Below are positions 24,491 to 37,518 of a stretch of 64,000 nucleotides of DNA, piece after piece. Made by a program: the position numbers and the translations under genes. Source of the stretch: Gnetum montanum (taxonomy: Eukaryota > Plantae > Gnetophyta). The notes under the pieces were generated by a model. The model saw nothing but the letters and a program-made list of their open reading frames with translations, was not told where the DNA came from and made no database searches. The DNA lies in the NCBI GenBank assembly GCA_015680685.1, contig MNCI01000003.1, forward strand, positions 728,193 to 792,192, written 5' to 3'. The first letter of the stretch is position 1, and the number at the start of each line of letters is the position of its first letter.

Positions 24491-26412
24491 TCATATAAGT
24501 AGCTCCTTAGTTTTTCAACATTTTTTCCACATTTTTTTTGTTTTACACATTTTTTATTTTACATCTTCTTATTTTCATGTTATTAATCTTTTCTAATTTT
24601 AATTTTACACCATCGTTAGTACATTTTCTATTTCTTGAAAATTTTATGCTTTCTTTTATTTTATTTTGGTGTGATTTTTTAACTTTTTTTTTAATAAGTT
24701 CCAAGTACATTGGTAAGGTGTTACTTGATGGTTGGATGTACTATTTTGTTATTTGATTATTGGTATTTGGATTTTGGCTTTGAATTTCATTACAGATGAT
24801 TAGGACATGGTTTCTTTTTCATGCAAATAGCAGTGAGTCCATAGCATCCACCCATCCACAAACTCTATGGTTTTCCTTGTTCTAAAAATGTGCAATTGCT
24901 TTTTCATTAATAAAAATTTAACAAATTTGTGACTTTGGTAGTTTCTTGAATTGAAAAGGATTCAAAGGTTTGAATAGGGTGTGACTTCAAGAGGATTCGG
25001 TAGTCTTTATGCCTTTCTATTTGCTTAGGTGCATGTGTGTTTTTATGGATTTCTTACCATTTCGTGTCAACCAATAAAAGAAAGTTGCATAAGTATTTGC
25101 ATGGTATGGTTCCCATAAAAAAATGATGGAAATTAAAAGCACACCCTGTAGATAAAATAAATGCATACATCTTTGCATGGTGTGGTTTTCATTTCAAGAA
25201 AAAAAATGATGGGAATTCAAAGCACACCCCTTAGACAAAATAAATAGACTATAAGCACTAGTTATGGGACTAGAAAGACATGTTACCCATGCTTGAAGGT
25301 CCCCTCTAACTAAGTCCCTTCCTCACTTACTACTTCTCTTTTCTTCTTTAATATGGAATGATGGTTGTTCTATGGGAGCACTCTTGTGTCTTAGGGCGAC
25401 GGACTAGTCTTAGAATGATGATGTGAAGTCACTGAATGAGGTTGGTTTTGGTTTGGACTAATGATGGATCTTATTAAGTCATTTAATCATAAAATCCATA
25501 AGGGACTTGATGTGACCTTAATAAGGAACTTCATTTCACTCTCTCTTATGCATTTATGCTTCCCATGTCTTACCTCATTGTTGGTTTCATGTTTTTATTC
25601 AATGTCCAGGTTTGATATGTTGAAATTTTTAGGTAGTTTCTTTCGGGTTGTACTTAATATTTTGTAATAATTAATTATCCACAAAGCCCATGGACTCTTT
25701 AATTTGAAGTTATGCAAGGGCATAAAAGGCTTATGCCTACTTTGGGGAGAACCCACCTGCATATCTTTATCCTTAGATACTCTTACAATCAAATCCTTTT
25801 GTTTACCTCATCAATGACATCAAATTGTGCACATCTTCACAAAAATTTTTAGTATACTTTCCTTCTTATTATTGTGAATTCTTACACCCTCTTCCAATAT
25901 TTTCTTGTGTCAAGTTTTTTCAAATTTAATGGATTGCTTATCTATTTTATTCTATTTGTCAGTCTTCCTGCTAGTAATCACAACCTAGCTGAGTGTAACC
26001 ACCAATGAGATAAGGCATTTAATAGCTATGTGTTACACATTACATACTAATTCATGATTCTGTTGTGATTGCAGTGAGAAGCATGGACTGGAAGTAGGAC
26101 TATCTTCACAAAGGATGATGCAGTAGTACCACATGATGTAGAATGTTCATCATCATTGGATCTTCTCTCTCACTCTTCAGCTACCAAGAGGCGTTGGATG
26201 TCAGTTTTATCTAGGGTCTTCACTTCTCTTCTCATGAACACACAAGTTTGTAAAGATTGTAACTTTGTACACTTGGGCACTTAGAGCTTGTTTATTCCAT
26301 CAAAGTCAGTTTATATGTCAGTTAATAATCCCATACTTACTCAATATTTTGTAAGGAACTTGTTCCTCCTCTTCTTCACTCGAGGACAAGTTTTTATTTA
26401 GTCATGGGGGTA

Positions 26413-27281
26413 TGATGAATCACATTTTTTACAGCTCCCATATCGGATATCCGATATCAGAGCCTCAACATTGGGTATCCGATGTAAGAGCCCAAGACAC
26501 GATGTTGGATATTCGATATCATAGGGTATACGCCAACCTATAAATATAGCACTTGGGCTCATGATTTGGGATAGTTTTTCATTAGTTTTTTTTCATAGTT
26601 AGTGAAGCTCTTGCAGTTTGTTTTCTCTAGAGTTAGAATATTTTCTAAGTGCCTGCAACAGGAGTCTAAGTGTGTACAGATCTTTGTTCAAACATTGATG
26701 TACTTGAGCATAGCAGTGTGATGGGAATAAAAATGATCCCTTTTGATAATCCTTATAGCACTGAGAATAGATTAATGTTTTATTTAATGCAATTTACTTT
26801 CATGCACTTACTTTAATGCATTTAAATTAAGCAATTAATTTTCAGTTGTTAATGAACACAAGAATGACCACTTCGAGTATACATATAGTGCTTGGTAACC
26901 CATAAATGCTTAATGTTTGGTAACCTAGCAGTACTATATGTGTTCAAAATGTGTCTAGGAAAGTGGGATGGGTACTTGTGTTAGGCTAGCTAGGCAGTAA
27001 ATGAGTTAGATCTCAAATTAGTTTACCTTTCATTCTTCTTGTAGGTGACTAAAGTTATAAAACATAAAATGAGAAAAATCATGTACCTCAATTACATTTA
27101 AACCATACCCTTGAGCTTCACAAGTGTAGTTGGGAAGACAACAAACATTTGCAACACCCATTTCACTTCATAGAGGAACTAGTGCACTAGAGAACTATAG
27201 GTCCATAGAATTCAACCAGATTGCATGTGAATGTGTTAGTGATTTGTATGGTTGGGCATAGGGGTACCTCGCTACTCATCA
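26413..27281 (+). repeat. 3' LTR of element B
   Basis: Preceded by PPT ATGGGGGTA; direct repeat of 17195-18061. Confidence 0.95.
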
Positions 27282-27286
27282 AATGG

Positions 27287-28146
27287 GTTAGTAATTGAAC
27301 CTCATCCTTTACATCAAAGAGTCTCCTTTTTAATGTGAAGCATATAGTATAAAGATAAGAAATTTCATTCTTTTTTGTATGTATATTTTTTCTTGATTTT
27401 TAAGTAAATAATGTAGAGTAATAATTCCTCATGTAATTCATTATAACTATAATCCGTTTTATCTTTAGATTCTTCAAGGACTTCTATAGAATTTTTAGGT
27501 GTAAGAGCCATGCATAAAAGATGTGAATCTATTGTAGTTTCATTTGTTTCCATCTTACTTTGTTCATCATTCCAACTTGTGTAAGGATTTTTATTTTTCG
27601 TATTAGCTTCAAATTGATCCTTCCTTAGACTTGGATATTTGGAGACCACATGGCCTCTACCACCACAAAACCAACATTTTATAGAGGATGCATCAAGATG
27701 TCGACTTTTAAAATTCTTACCTCTTTCCTTATCTTTGACATTGGATTAGTTGAAGTCCTTAACTTTTCTTACAAGTAATCTTGGAACTCTCCTAGAAAAG
27801 AGAGGTAGTTCATCTTCACTAATTGCTTTATGTTTAGGTGGCTTTTTCTATTTGGATGAACTTTTAAGGATAATAGGATTTTCTTTAATAGCACCATCGC
27901 TAATGAGATTCATCTCATAAGTAATGAGTGCACTTTGAAGCTCTTTGAATTCAAGAACTAAGAAGTCTCAAATTTCCTCCATGGTTGTAACATTTGGTCT
28001 TAATTTATGTTGCAAAGTTCTAATCATTTTAATAATCACATCACTTTTAGGTAAATATTTTCTCATTCCATGAATAGATACAACTAAATCATTTTCTTTA
28101 GAAAAGTAGTCCTTGATTTTCTCTCCTTCTTTGATTTTGAGTTTAT
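27287..28146 (-). pseudogene. SIRE-like gag, middle segment
   Basis: YDKLKIKEGEKIKDY..KMIRTL..VTTMEE (UBN2/gag_2-like), Zn knuckle KCWFCGGRGHVVSKYP, then SWND..LLCMA. Confidence 0.88.
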
Positions 28147-28151
28147 CATAC

Positions 28152-29063
28152 TGATGAAGTGCTAGATGGTCACTATGTTTACTGGTCTCGTATACGTGAC
28201 TGCGTTGATGCGGCCCCATCGATGCATCCTTCCATGTGTTGACGTGGCCCCGTTTATGTGGCATCTATTTTGGCCTATAAATAAGTGGGCTTCCACCACA
28301 CTTAGGAACCTTTTTGTTAATTGTAGCAAAGCTCTTGTAGTTTGTTTCTACAAGAGTTAGAATATTTTCCAAGTGCCCGTAGTAGGTGTAAGAAAGGTGT
28401 CTGGCTCTTTATTCGAGCACTGATGTACCTAAGCCCATTGGCTGAATGGAAATAAAGACGAGCTTTTCAAGCATTCCTTGTAGCAATTGGACTTAGCCAT
28501 TTCTATGCATTTATAGTTTAATATTTATATGTTTTAATCATTCATTAAGTTTATGTTATTATTATTTTAATCGCTCTTTCTCTATTATAGTTTGTAGAAA
28601 TCATAAGTACGACCATCTTGAATGTAAAACCCAACACTTGGCAACCCAACAACGCTTAACATCTGGTAACCCAGTAGTGGTTAGGAGATGCTTAGGATGT
28701 GCATGGAAGATGGGGATCAGATACTTATGCTAGGAAAAGCTAGGACATAGATTATGATAATTATATATTACATAAGGATAATTATAGATTACATAAGATT
28801 TCATTCCTTACTTTCCATTCTGATAATTAGATGCTAGAAGATAAAGTAAAAAGCCATAAAAATGAGTTGTCTCAATCTCACTTAACCATCGCAATTAGAA
28901 CATCACAAGTGAGGTTGGGAAGACAACGACCATTCTAAAAAAATGTTTTTCTAGTTAAGGTCTGACGTATACTAAGTGCTTACAGTCTACGGAATTTGAC
29001 CGAGTCGCGTGTGAACACCCGTGATTCGCATGGTTGGGCATAGGGGTACCTACCCGCTCATCA
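28152..29063 (+). repeat. 5' LTR of element C
   Basis: TGATG..CATCA; TATAAATA at 28276-28283. Confidence 0.96.
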
Positions 29064-29064
29064 T

Positions 29065-29082
29065 TGGTGCCATTGCTAGGGA
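29065..29082 (+). promoter_or_regulatory. PBS, tRNA-Asp type (Athila)
   Basis: TGGTGCCATTGCTAGGGA, a deaminated form of TGGCGCCGTTGCCGGGGA. Confidence 0.85.
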
Positions 29083-29275
29083 CTGTTAGTCTTACATGCA
29101 TCATTTAACCTTAGCGAAATTATCATTCATGTCTTTGGAACGGACCCAGGATAGTAAAATTTATGCACGTTAGGTGNCGTCTTTGGAACGGACCCAGGAT
29201 AGTAAAATTTATGCACGTTAGGTGGATTAAGCAAAAAGTAAGGTACATTGAATAGTGGATTATCTAATATCCAAC

Positions 29276-32200
29276 ATGTCTTCTTCTCATAGGAGAGATG
29301 AATCTAACCCACCGGTGCCACAAGAATGTCAGGTGGTCTACATGCATCCTAATGAATATGTCCTTGACTTCACCTTCATCATACATTAGGATAAACACTC
29401 ACGATGGTGGAACATGGAAGGAAACATCATACTACCACCTAACCGATCGACCCCTAGAATGCTATTTCACAATCTTGCTAGATTAGGCATCTAAGACCAT
29501 GGTGTGGAGTACGTCATGGAGGACCATGACTACCGAGACCATCATCCCACTGAGGCCCAATGGGCATGAGACCAGCAGTAGGCAGAACGATATGAACACA
29601 TCAAGGGGAAACAGTTCAGTAACGTCTTATTTTTGCAAGGGCTATGGGATGATGGGGAACCTATCTTTCATGATTCCCATTTGGACAAACTTCCTCTGAG
29701 GCATCAGATCATCCAATCCCTTATCCAAAAGAAGCCACCAAGTGATTGAGATCCCCACGGGGATGGAGGGTCACGTAGGAAGAGTCATGGCTCGAGCAAG
29801 TATGGACAAGAAGATCAAGGCCACCATCAAAGTAGAGGGGAATATCGACACCGGAGTGGTGGCGACTCCTCTCCTTCTTTTGCATCCTCTCGCTCTCCTC
29901 TACCTTCACCTAGTTTAGAATTTGATCATAACTATGGTAGAAAAGAGCGAGGTGATGGTGGTCGTAAGGATCGAAGGGACTGGCATGAGGAAGCATGTCA
30001 CCAGTCGCACGAGGCTCATCATCATGAAAGGAGGGGTAGCCAAAATCATCATAGACATCGTGGTTCTCAGTAGGACTATGACTCATATGAGCCATTACTG
30101 GCTACTCGAAGCATGCTCCATATCATTGAGGAAGTTCAGATACCCAGTAGGCACTTGAAAGATAGCCAGATCAAATACATTGACATGAACAATATCCCCA
30201 GGTTTGAAGGGGCATACAATTGTGATCCACAAACTCACCTGCAGGCATTCCATGACACTTTCACCTTGAAGAATATTGATAATGATTGGTAGAAGCTTAA
30301 GCTATTCCCTCACACACTCATCAAGGAAGTAGAAAGCTGGTACCGATCTTTGGAATTGGAATCAATCAGAAGATGGAGTACGATGCTTGAGATTTTCAAT
30401 GACAAGTATCAAACCTACTCCAAGGTGGCAAATATGAGACGTCAAATCCAAGGCGGGAAGCAAGGGAACCATGAACACTTGGATGCAGTAATGAGCAGGT
30501 ACTATTCATTATTACATTGGTGCCCTGGTCATGGCTACTCTCAGTGGGCATAGCTTTGCCATATCATTGATGGGATCCGCTTTGAAACTTGAAAGACCCT
30601 TGGCATGTACACCCAGGGATGATTATCTGAACTAAGGGCCCATCAACTATAGTGCCTCATTGAGCAAGTGTCCAAAGAAGAGGGGGAGCTCAGAAAGAAG
30701 AAGAGTGTAAAGGAGTTTAATTGGGATCCCTCCATTAGAAAGAGGGAGGTCCGATTTTATGAAGAGGAGGAAGAATCACCACTAGATGTAGCGGTGAATC
30801 GAAAAACCTTTCCCCTGTAGAAATTTTCCTCTAAAATATCAAAAAATGCTGACAAGATGTGGGACTCTCTGTATGAAATATTTCAAAGTGTTCTAAAAAT
30901 TGTAGAGGAGTCCAAAGAGCAAGGTAATGATTAGCATAGAATGAAGGAAGTTGAACGTGCCCATCATAAGGGTAAGGGCAAAGTTTCTATAGCAGAATAG
31001 GTTGCAGACTCTAATATAGAGGAAGAAGATGAATGTGGCATATTGTAATATGAACATCCTAAGGGATGTTGTCCTATGGTGTCACATCTTAAAGAGTTTG
31101 GGGCGTACTCATTGAATCCTCACTTGGCAAAGAGGCAAACACCCCGAAGGTTGTCTTACCCACAAGGAAACTCAAGGTAGTTCCACCAGTAGCAAGGATA
31201 CTATCCAAGTGGAGGGCCACCGCAACCTTATGAACACTTCCAGTAGTGGTAGCACCCACAAGCATGGGGGATGCCACCTCCAAGGTAGCAGTACCCTTAC
31301 AGATAGCTAGATCCCTATGGGTACTACGTTCAACAATCAGTCTCTCTATGGGACTTTTCCAGTCATGCAACATTTTAGAATTACTACCATTCCTTGGAAT
31401 ATTTTTGACCACAATCTCCATCACCAAGGGAAGAAAGCCGACATCTTTACTATCCTCCATCACCTTCTCCTACCATTCCTTCTCCACAACATCCCACTCA
31501 GCTACCACCTACTCCATCCATGCAGGGGAAAATCCCACCATAGCCACAGCAACACAATGTTATGAGGGCTGTCAACCTACAACTAGCTCCTTAGCCAGGT
31601 GGACCAGAAGCCAAGCCATGGAAACATCCCTTCTTCTGGCCCAATAACTTAAGCACACCCTCACACACACCTATGGCTGGTGCCTTTGAACCTCAAACTA
31701 CCTCCATCGTTCCACCGTTCGAGTAGCCTTCAAATGAAACGCCCTCCAACGTACAAATGGTCATGCTCACACACATAGTGACCGACTAGATAAAGGCATT
31801 CCATCTTCCCCAAAAATTAACTAATCCGGGGAGTCCCCTCATCTATCTTCAGGTGGTAGGAAATGAGCCATGTAAGGCTCTTTTGGATTCGGGGTCAGGT
31901 TTCAATTTGATTTTACATGACATGTATAAGAACTGGAAACTGCCCCCGTTAAAGAAGAGAAACATTCAACTTGAGCTGGTAGACCAATCCATCACAGTTC
32001 CCTTGGGATTGTTGGAAGAAATTATAACCACCATTTATGGGTGGTCTTATCCTACTAATTTCCTTATCATCCATGTGGAGAATTGTAAGGAGAACTTCTC
32101 AATCATAGTGGAAAGAGCCTAGCTGAGCACGGTGGATGCAAGACTAGGACTCCAAGATCTTTCCCTTGAAATATCAAAGGAAAATCCTTTTGGAAAGATC

Positions 32201-35200
32201 GAGAAGAAGCGCATTCCATGCATCGCGTACAGTGACTTCGGGTGCAACTATGTGCAACAGCTATGGTTCGCTAAGCAAACATCTATTCAAGCATGCAGTT
32301 GGTGTACTAAGGAATCTTAGGTTCAACAGTGGCTATACGCAGTAGCCAAAAATCAAGAAGGAACCCAGTGGCTAACCGTTGATCCTGCTAGCAGCACTCT
32401 GTGCATGTAACCATTTGAGGAGATTGTACGAACCTACGTAGAAAGCATAGACCAGTTGAAAGAGGTTCATCAACAAGTATCCATTGTTGATGACCATGAT
32501 GATTGGGGAAAGTTGCAAATCCATAAAAGATTCAAACAGGAGCCCTTGGAACTTAAAACCTTACCGACCCACTTAGAATATGCCTTTTTATAGAATGGGA
32601 AACCGATAATTATCAATGTCACCCTTACTCCTAAATAGAAGAAGAAATTGCTGAAGGTGGTGAAAAAATGGGATGCTACTTTTGCATGGTCATATCTTGA
32701 GCTAACCAGAGTTGATCCTAGGGTTTGCCAACATTGGATTTATATTGACCCCTTCATGAAGCCACGATGACAACCACAAAGGCGATTGAACCCCAAACTG
32801 AAGCAGGTCATCAAAGATGAAATCGAGCAGTTGCTAAAGGCGGGGTTCATCTATTCTATTGCTAATAGAAAATGGGTCAGCCCACTTGTTATTATGCCAG
32901 AGAAAGATGGCAAATCAAGGGTCTGTATAGATTTCCGATTGCTCAACATGGCTACCTTCAAAGATCACTTCCCACTCCCATTTGTGGACCAAGTGTTGGA
33001 TACCATTGCAGGGCATCGTTATTACAGCTTTTTGGATGGTTATAGTGGCTATAACCAAATCCAAATTGTTCCAGAGGACCAAGCCAAGATAACTTTCACA
33101 AGTCCTTGGGGGACTTTTGCATACAAAAAGATGCCTTTTGGCTTGTGTAATGCACTTGCCACTTTCCAACGTCTTTTCTTCAACATCTTCCAGCAACAAA
33201 TTGGAAATGGGGTAGAATTCTTCATGGATGACTTCTATACCTATGGGGCCATGTTTGACCAAGCCTTGGACCACCTTGAGCAAGTTCTGAAAAGATGTGT
33301 GGACACTAACTTACAGCTCAACTAGTAGAAAAGCCACTTAATGGTTCAAGAGGGCATTGTGTTGGGGCACCGTATTTTGCAGATAGGGATTAGTGTGGAT
33401 CCTAACAAAATTAGGGTCATCCAAGGAATCACCCAACAACTAAGAACTGTGTAAGATGTTTGGTCATTCCTTGGCCACACTGGCTACTACCGATGCTTCA
33501 TTGAAAATTTCTCGAAGATTGCCAAGTTGTTGGTGGAACTCACAAAGAAAGAAGCTCTGTTCATTTGGACCAAGGAATGTGAATCTGCATTCCAAATGCT
33601 AAAATAGAAACTCGTAGAGACTCCAGTTCTATGGGCACCTGATTGGTCTAGACCTTACCACATCATGATGGATGCATCCAATTATGCATTGGGAGCCGTG
33701 CTTACACAGTGTGGTGATCAAAAATATCCATACTATATTCACTATGCAAGCCGTAGCATTGTGGATGCCCAGCTTAATTACACCACCACCGAAAAGGAGT
33801 TGATGTTGGTGGTGTTCACCTTGGAGAAATTCTGACACTATGTGCTTGGGTACAAGGTGTTCGTGCATATCGACCACAATGCCATCCAGTTCTTGATGAA
33901 CAAACCAATGGTGAGCCCTTGTATCATATGGTGGCTGGTGATTCTTTAGGAATTTAACCTCACAATGGTAGATTAGAAGGGGACCGAGAATGTGGTTACT
34001 AACCACTTGTCTCGATTACAATGGGAGAACACAGAAGAAGAGGAGCCCCTCTCCAACCAATTCCCCGATGAACTTCTCTTCGTGGGAGTGGTTGATCCAT
34101 AGGTACCTAAGGAATCACCTTGGTTTAGCCACATCCTCACCTACCTCACCACTCAGGAATTGCCGAAGGAGTGGAACCATCGGTAGAAACAAAAGTTTCT
34201 CCATAAGGCCAAGCGCTTCATGGAAATCAATGGCCACCTTTATAAGGTGTGTGTAGATGGCCTAGTTCAATGGTGTGTCCCTGATGAAAATACCCTGCAT
34301 GTCCTCCAAGATGCTCACAAGGGCCCTTGTGGGGGCCACTATGCTGAATGCCGCATAGCCATTAAGATCCTGCTTGTAGGATATTACTGGCCCAAAATCT
34401 TCAGGGACACACAATGGTTCGTCCAGTCCTATGAACAATGCCACAGAGACGATGTGATGACTGCACAGTTGGAGGAACCTCAACAATGGATCCAACCACT
34501 AGAGCCCTTCGACATCTGGGGCATCAACTTCATGGGACCCATTACACCCCTTTCCAATGAAAAGATTTACATCATCGTAGCTGTGAACTACTACACAAAG
34601 TGGGCAGAGGTGGCAGCCATTGTCGATTGTTCCTCAAACACCACCACACAATTTTTCCAACAACAAATTGTCAACAAGTTTGGGGTGCCATGTGCACTCA
34701 TTTTGGATAATAGAACCCATTTCAAAAGTGTCACTTTTCATAAACTCATGCAACACTTGGGGGTTACCCATAAATTTACAACCCCCTATCAGCCCCAAGC
34801 CATTGGGTAGGCCAAAGTCACCAATAGAGAGATCACCAAGATCCTCACTCAAACCATTAGCAAATATAGGAGGGATTGGAGCACCAAACTTAATGACGCC
34901 CTCTAGGCCTATCGCTCCACTTGGAAACTTCCTATAGGTTACTCTCCCTATGAGTTAGTGTACGGTAATCTACCAAAACTTCCAATCGAGGAAGAACTCC
35001 GAAGACTATCCACAGCTAGTGACTTAGGCCTGGACCTACTGCTAGCACAATGTGAACGACTTATCAACTTAAGTGTGCTAGATGAGAATTGATTAGTGGC
35101 CCTGGCCTCAAATGAGATCCACAAGGCCTACAATAAAAAATGACATGATCTTAGGATTCGAAAGGTCACATTTAGATGTGGAGACAAGGTGTTGTATTGG

Positions 35201-35470
35201 AACCCCACACATGTACCACAACCGACCAAGTTTCAAACACTATGGGAGGGACCTTACATTATCTCCAAAACCTTCCCATCTGAGGCCTTGCTTATCCACA
35301 AACTTAAGGACCCCACAAGAACACAGTTGGTCAATCGGCAACAACTAAAACATTTCCGTGAACTCCACCTAACTAGTGCTACTACCTCATCATCACCAGG
35401 ACAACCTCGTTCCATCTTTTGCATCTCCTCCTTTTTGCCCAGTCGTGGGGAAGACCGTCCTCCATGCTAA
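29276..35470 (+). pseudogene. Degenerate gag-pol of element C
   Basis: Capsid-like KLFPHTL..W..CPGHG; protease ALLDSGSGFN; RT ORF 32786..33325 (LDGYSGYNQI, MPFGLCNA, FMDD); RNase H DASNYALGAVL; integrase ORF 34220..34810; WEGPY at the C-terminus. Confidence 0.95.
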
Positions 35471-37518
35471 TCCATTCCACTACGCTCCTTACTATTTTTG
35501 GAATTTTTTGTTTTACACATTTTTGTTTTTTACCATCCTTTCTACATTTTCCAATTCTTGCTAGCTTTTATTTTCTTTAATTAGTTTTTTCATTTCTTTG
35601 TCAATGATTTATGCATATGTGTGTTTAATTTTTACTTGGTTGGTAATAAGTCATCTTATTGTCATCAGGTGTCTGGCATAGATGGTTTTCGTTGTGATGG
35701 GTCATGTGCAATAGTCCACCTAGTTTATCTTTCTCTCGCTGTCGCATTGTTGTCCTTGGGATTTATGTCTATTTTTCTCTCATAAAATTGGTAGTGAGTC
35801 CACGTCATCCACCCATTCACCCACTCCATGGTTTTCCTTCCATTGGAAACATGCAACCCCTTCACTTAAAAAACATTTTAATTAATGTGTGACTTATGTA
35901 GTTCCTAGACTCGGGGATGACCCAATGGTTTGAATTGGGTGTGACTTCAAGGGGAATGCAACATTTGTCATCTTCTTCTATCCCCAAAGTCGCCGATGTG
36001 TCCTTACGGATTTCCTACCACTCCACATTCTTCTCTATAAGGAAGCTCTTGGGAAATTTGACCTTGCATGGTGTGGTCCTCACCGCAAAAAAAAAAAATG
36101 AGAATTCAAAGCATAGCTCTTAGTTGAATGCATGCAAATAAGCATGGGTCTTTGCATGGTGTGGTTCCCATGAAATCATAAGAAAAAGAAAAATAAAATC
36201 ATCACTATGTGGGAATTCAAAGCACACCCCTTAGACTGCCTCTCACGAGCCACAAGCACTAGTTATGGGACTTCCTTCATCCCCTATAACTTAGTCCTTT
36301 TTTGCTTCCTTCATCTCATGTCTATTGGAGTGGTGGTTCTCTGTGGATGCATTCCTATCCACTTGGGGAATGGCTGGGGCTTCGCTTGTTGTTGCGATGT
36401 CACTGTATGTGGATGGTTTTGGGTCTGAACTCAGGAAAGGTTCTACCGGGTCACTTAACCATAACTTCACATAGGGTTTCATGTGATCGATGATTGAAAT
36501 TCCCCTTCTCTCATCTCTCTCTTCATCCATTTCTCTCTGTAACTCACCTCATTTCCCATCTTATGTTTTGAAAGTTCATCGTGGTTTCCATGGACTTCTC
36601 ATGCCTTGGATGGTTCACTTGGATGGGAGTCTTAACTTGCGATCGCCATTTCTTAACCCTAGGACCCACGGACTCTGGTGTTAAGGATATGCAAGGGCTA
36701 CTAAAGCTACTACTTGCTATGGGGAGGAACCACTTACGTATTCTTGGTCTTGTTCATTAAGCCCCCCCATCCTTTTGATTTCATGGTTGATTGTTTTCAT
36801 GTCTTGTCGCTTGATTTCTTCCTTGTGAAGTTCTTTTTTCCCACGTTCTCCTACATTTGACTCATTTTCTAACCTGATTTACCCTCCTCATGTCCTCAAT
36901 CGCATTCCAAATCTCTTACACTCTTCAACCATCCCAATTTGACATTTTAAATTCATCTTTTCAGGCTTTTTTTTGGGCTAGTCAACGCTAGTAAATGGGT
37001 GCAACCCCCTGTGTATACGGGGCCCTGTATACACAGCCCCCTATGTATATGCAGCTGTGTATATGCGGCCCCTTCGATGCAGTGCCCAACCCCTATATAT
37101 ATGCCCATTGTCATTTACTTTTCCATAATTTTGCAAACAAATTGGAAGGAGATTTTGCCATTTTTTTCTGCCTAACTTCTTCCCAAGCACCTACGTTCTA
37201 TTGCGCATCCGCATCAATCGAGCCTTGCCCTGTTAAGCACCCGGAGGTACGCTCTCAGTTGTGGGGGGGGGGGGGGGNAATTAATTAATTAATCAATTAG
37301 TTAATTAATACTTTGTACCTCTAAAGGGAAGAGATGAAAATAATAGCTTAAACTCCAACTTATCCCTTATTGTTTTTGGCTCTAACCCATCAATTAACAC
37401 TTTGGGGGATTTAATGGAATGCCCATGCCAATATCATAACTTAGTCAAATGAAGAAGGTGTATAAGGGACATTTTGAGCTACTTATGTATAGTCTAATGG
37501 GTGGTTATTTTTGTGCAG

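Larger units (their letters stand above)
17195..27281 (+). mobile_element. Athila-like Ty3/Gypsy element B (~10.1 kb, both LTRs)
   Basis: LTRs 17195-18061 and 26413-27281 (TGATG..CATCA), TSD AATAG/AATGG, tRNA-Asp-type PBS. Domain order gag-PR-RT-RH-INT with no chromodomain. Confidence 0.95.

Noticed and set aside
28151-28200. CTGATGA as a hammerhead ribozyme core (retrozyme)
   Set aside because: The C is the last base of the TSD and is absent from the 3' LTR; no GAAA core or stems.
29131-29224. Perfect 46-bp tandem repeat in the element C leader
   Set aside because: Same pattern around the N at 29177; assembly artefact.
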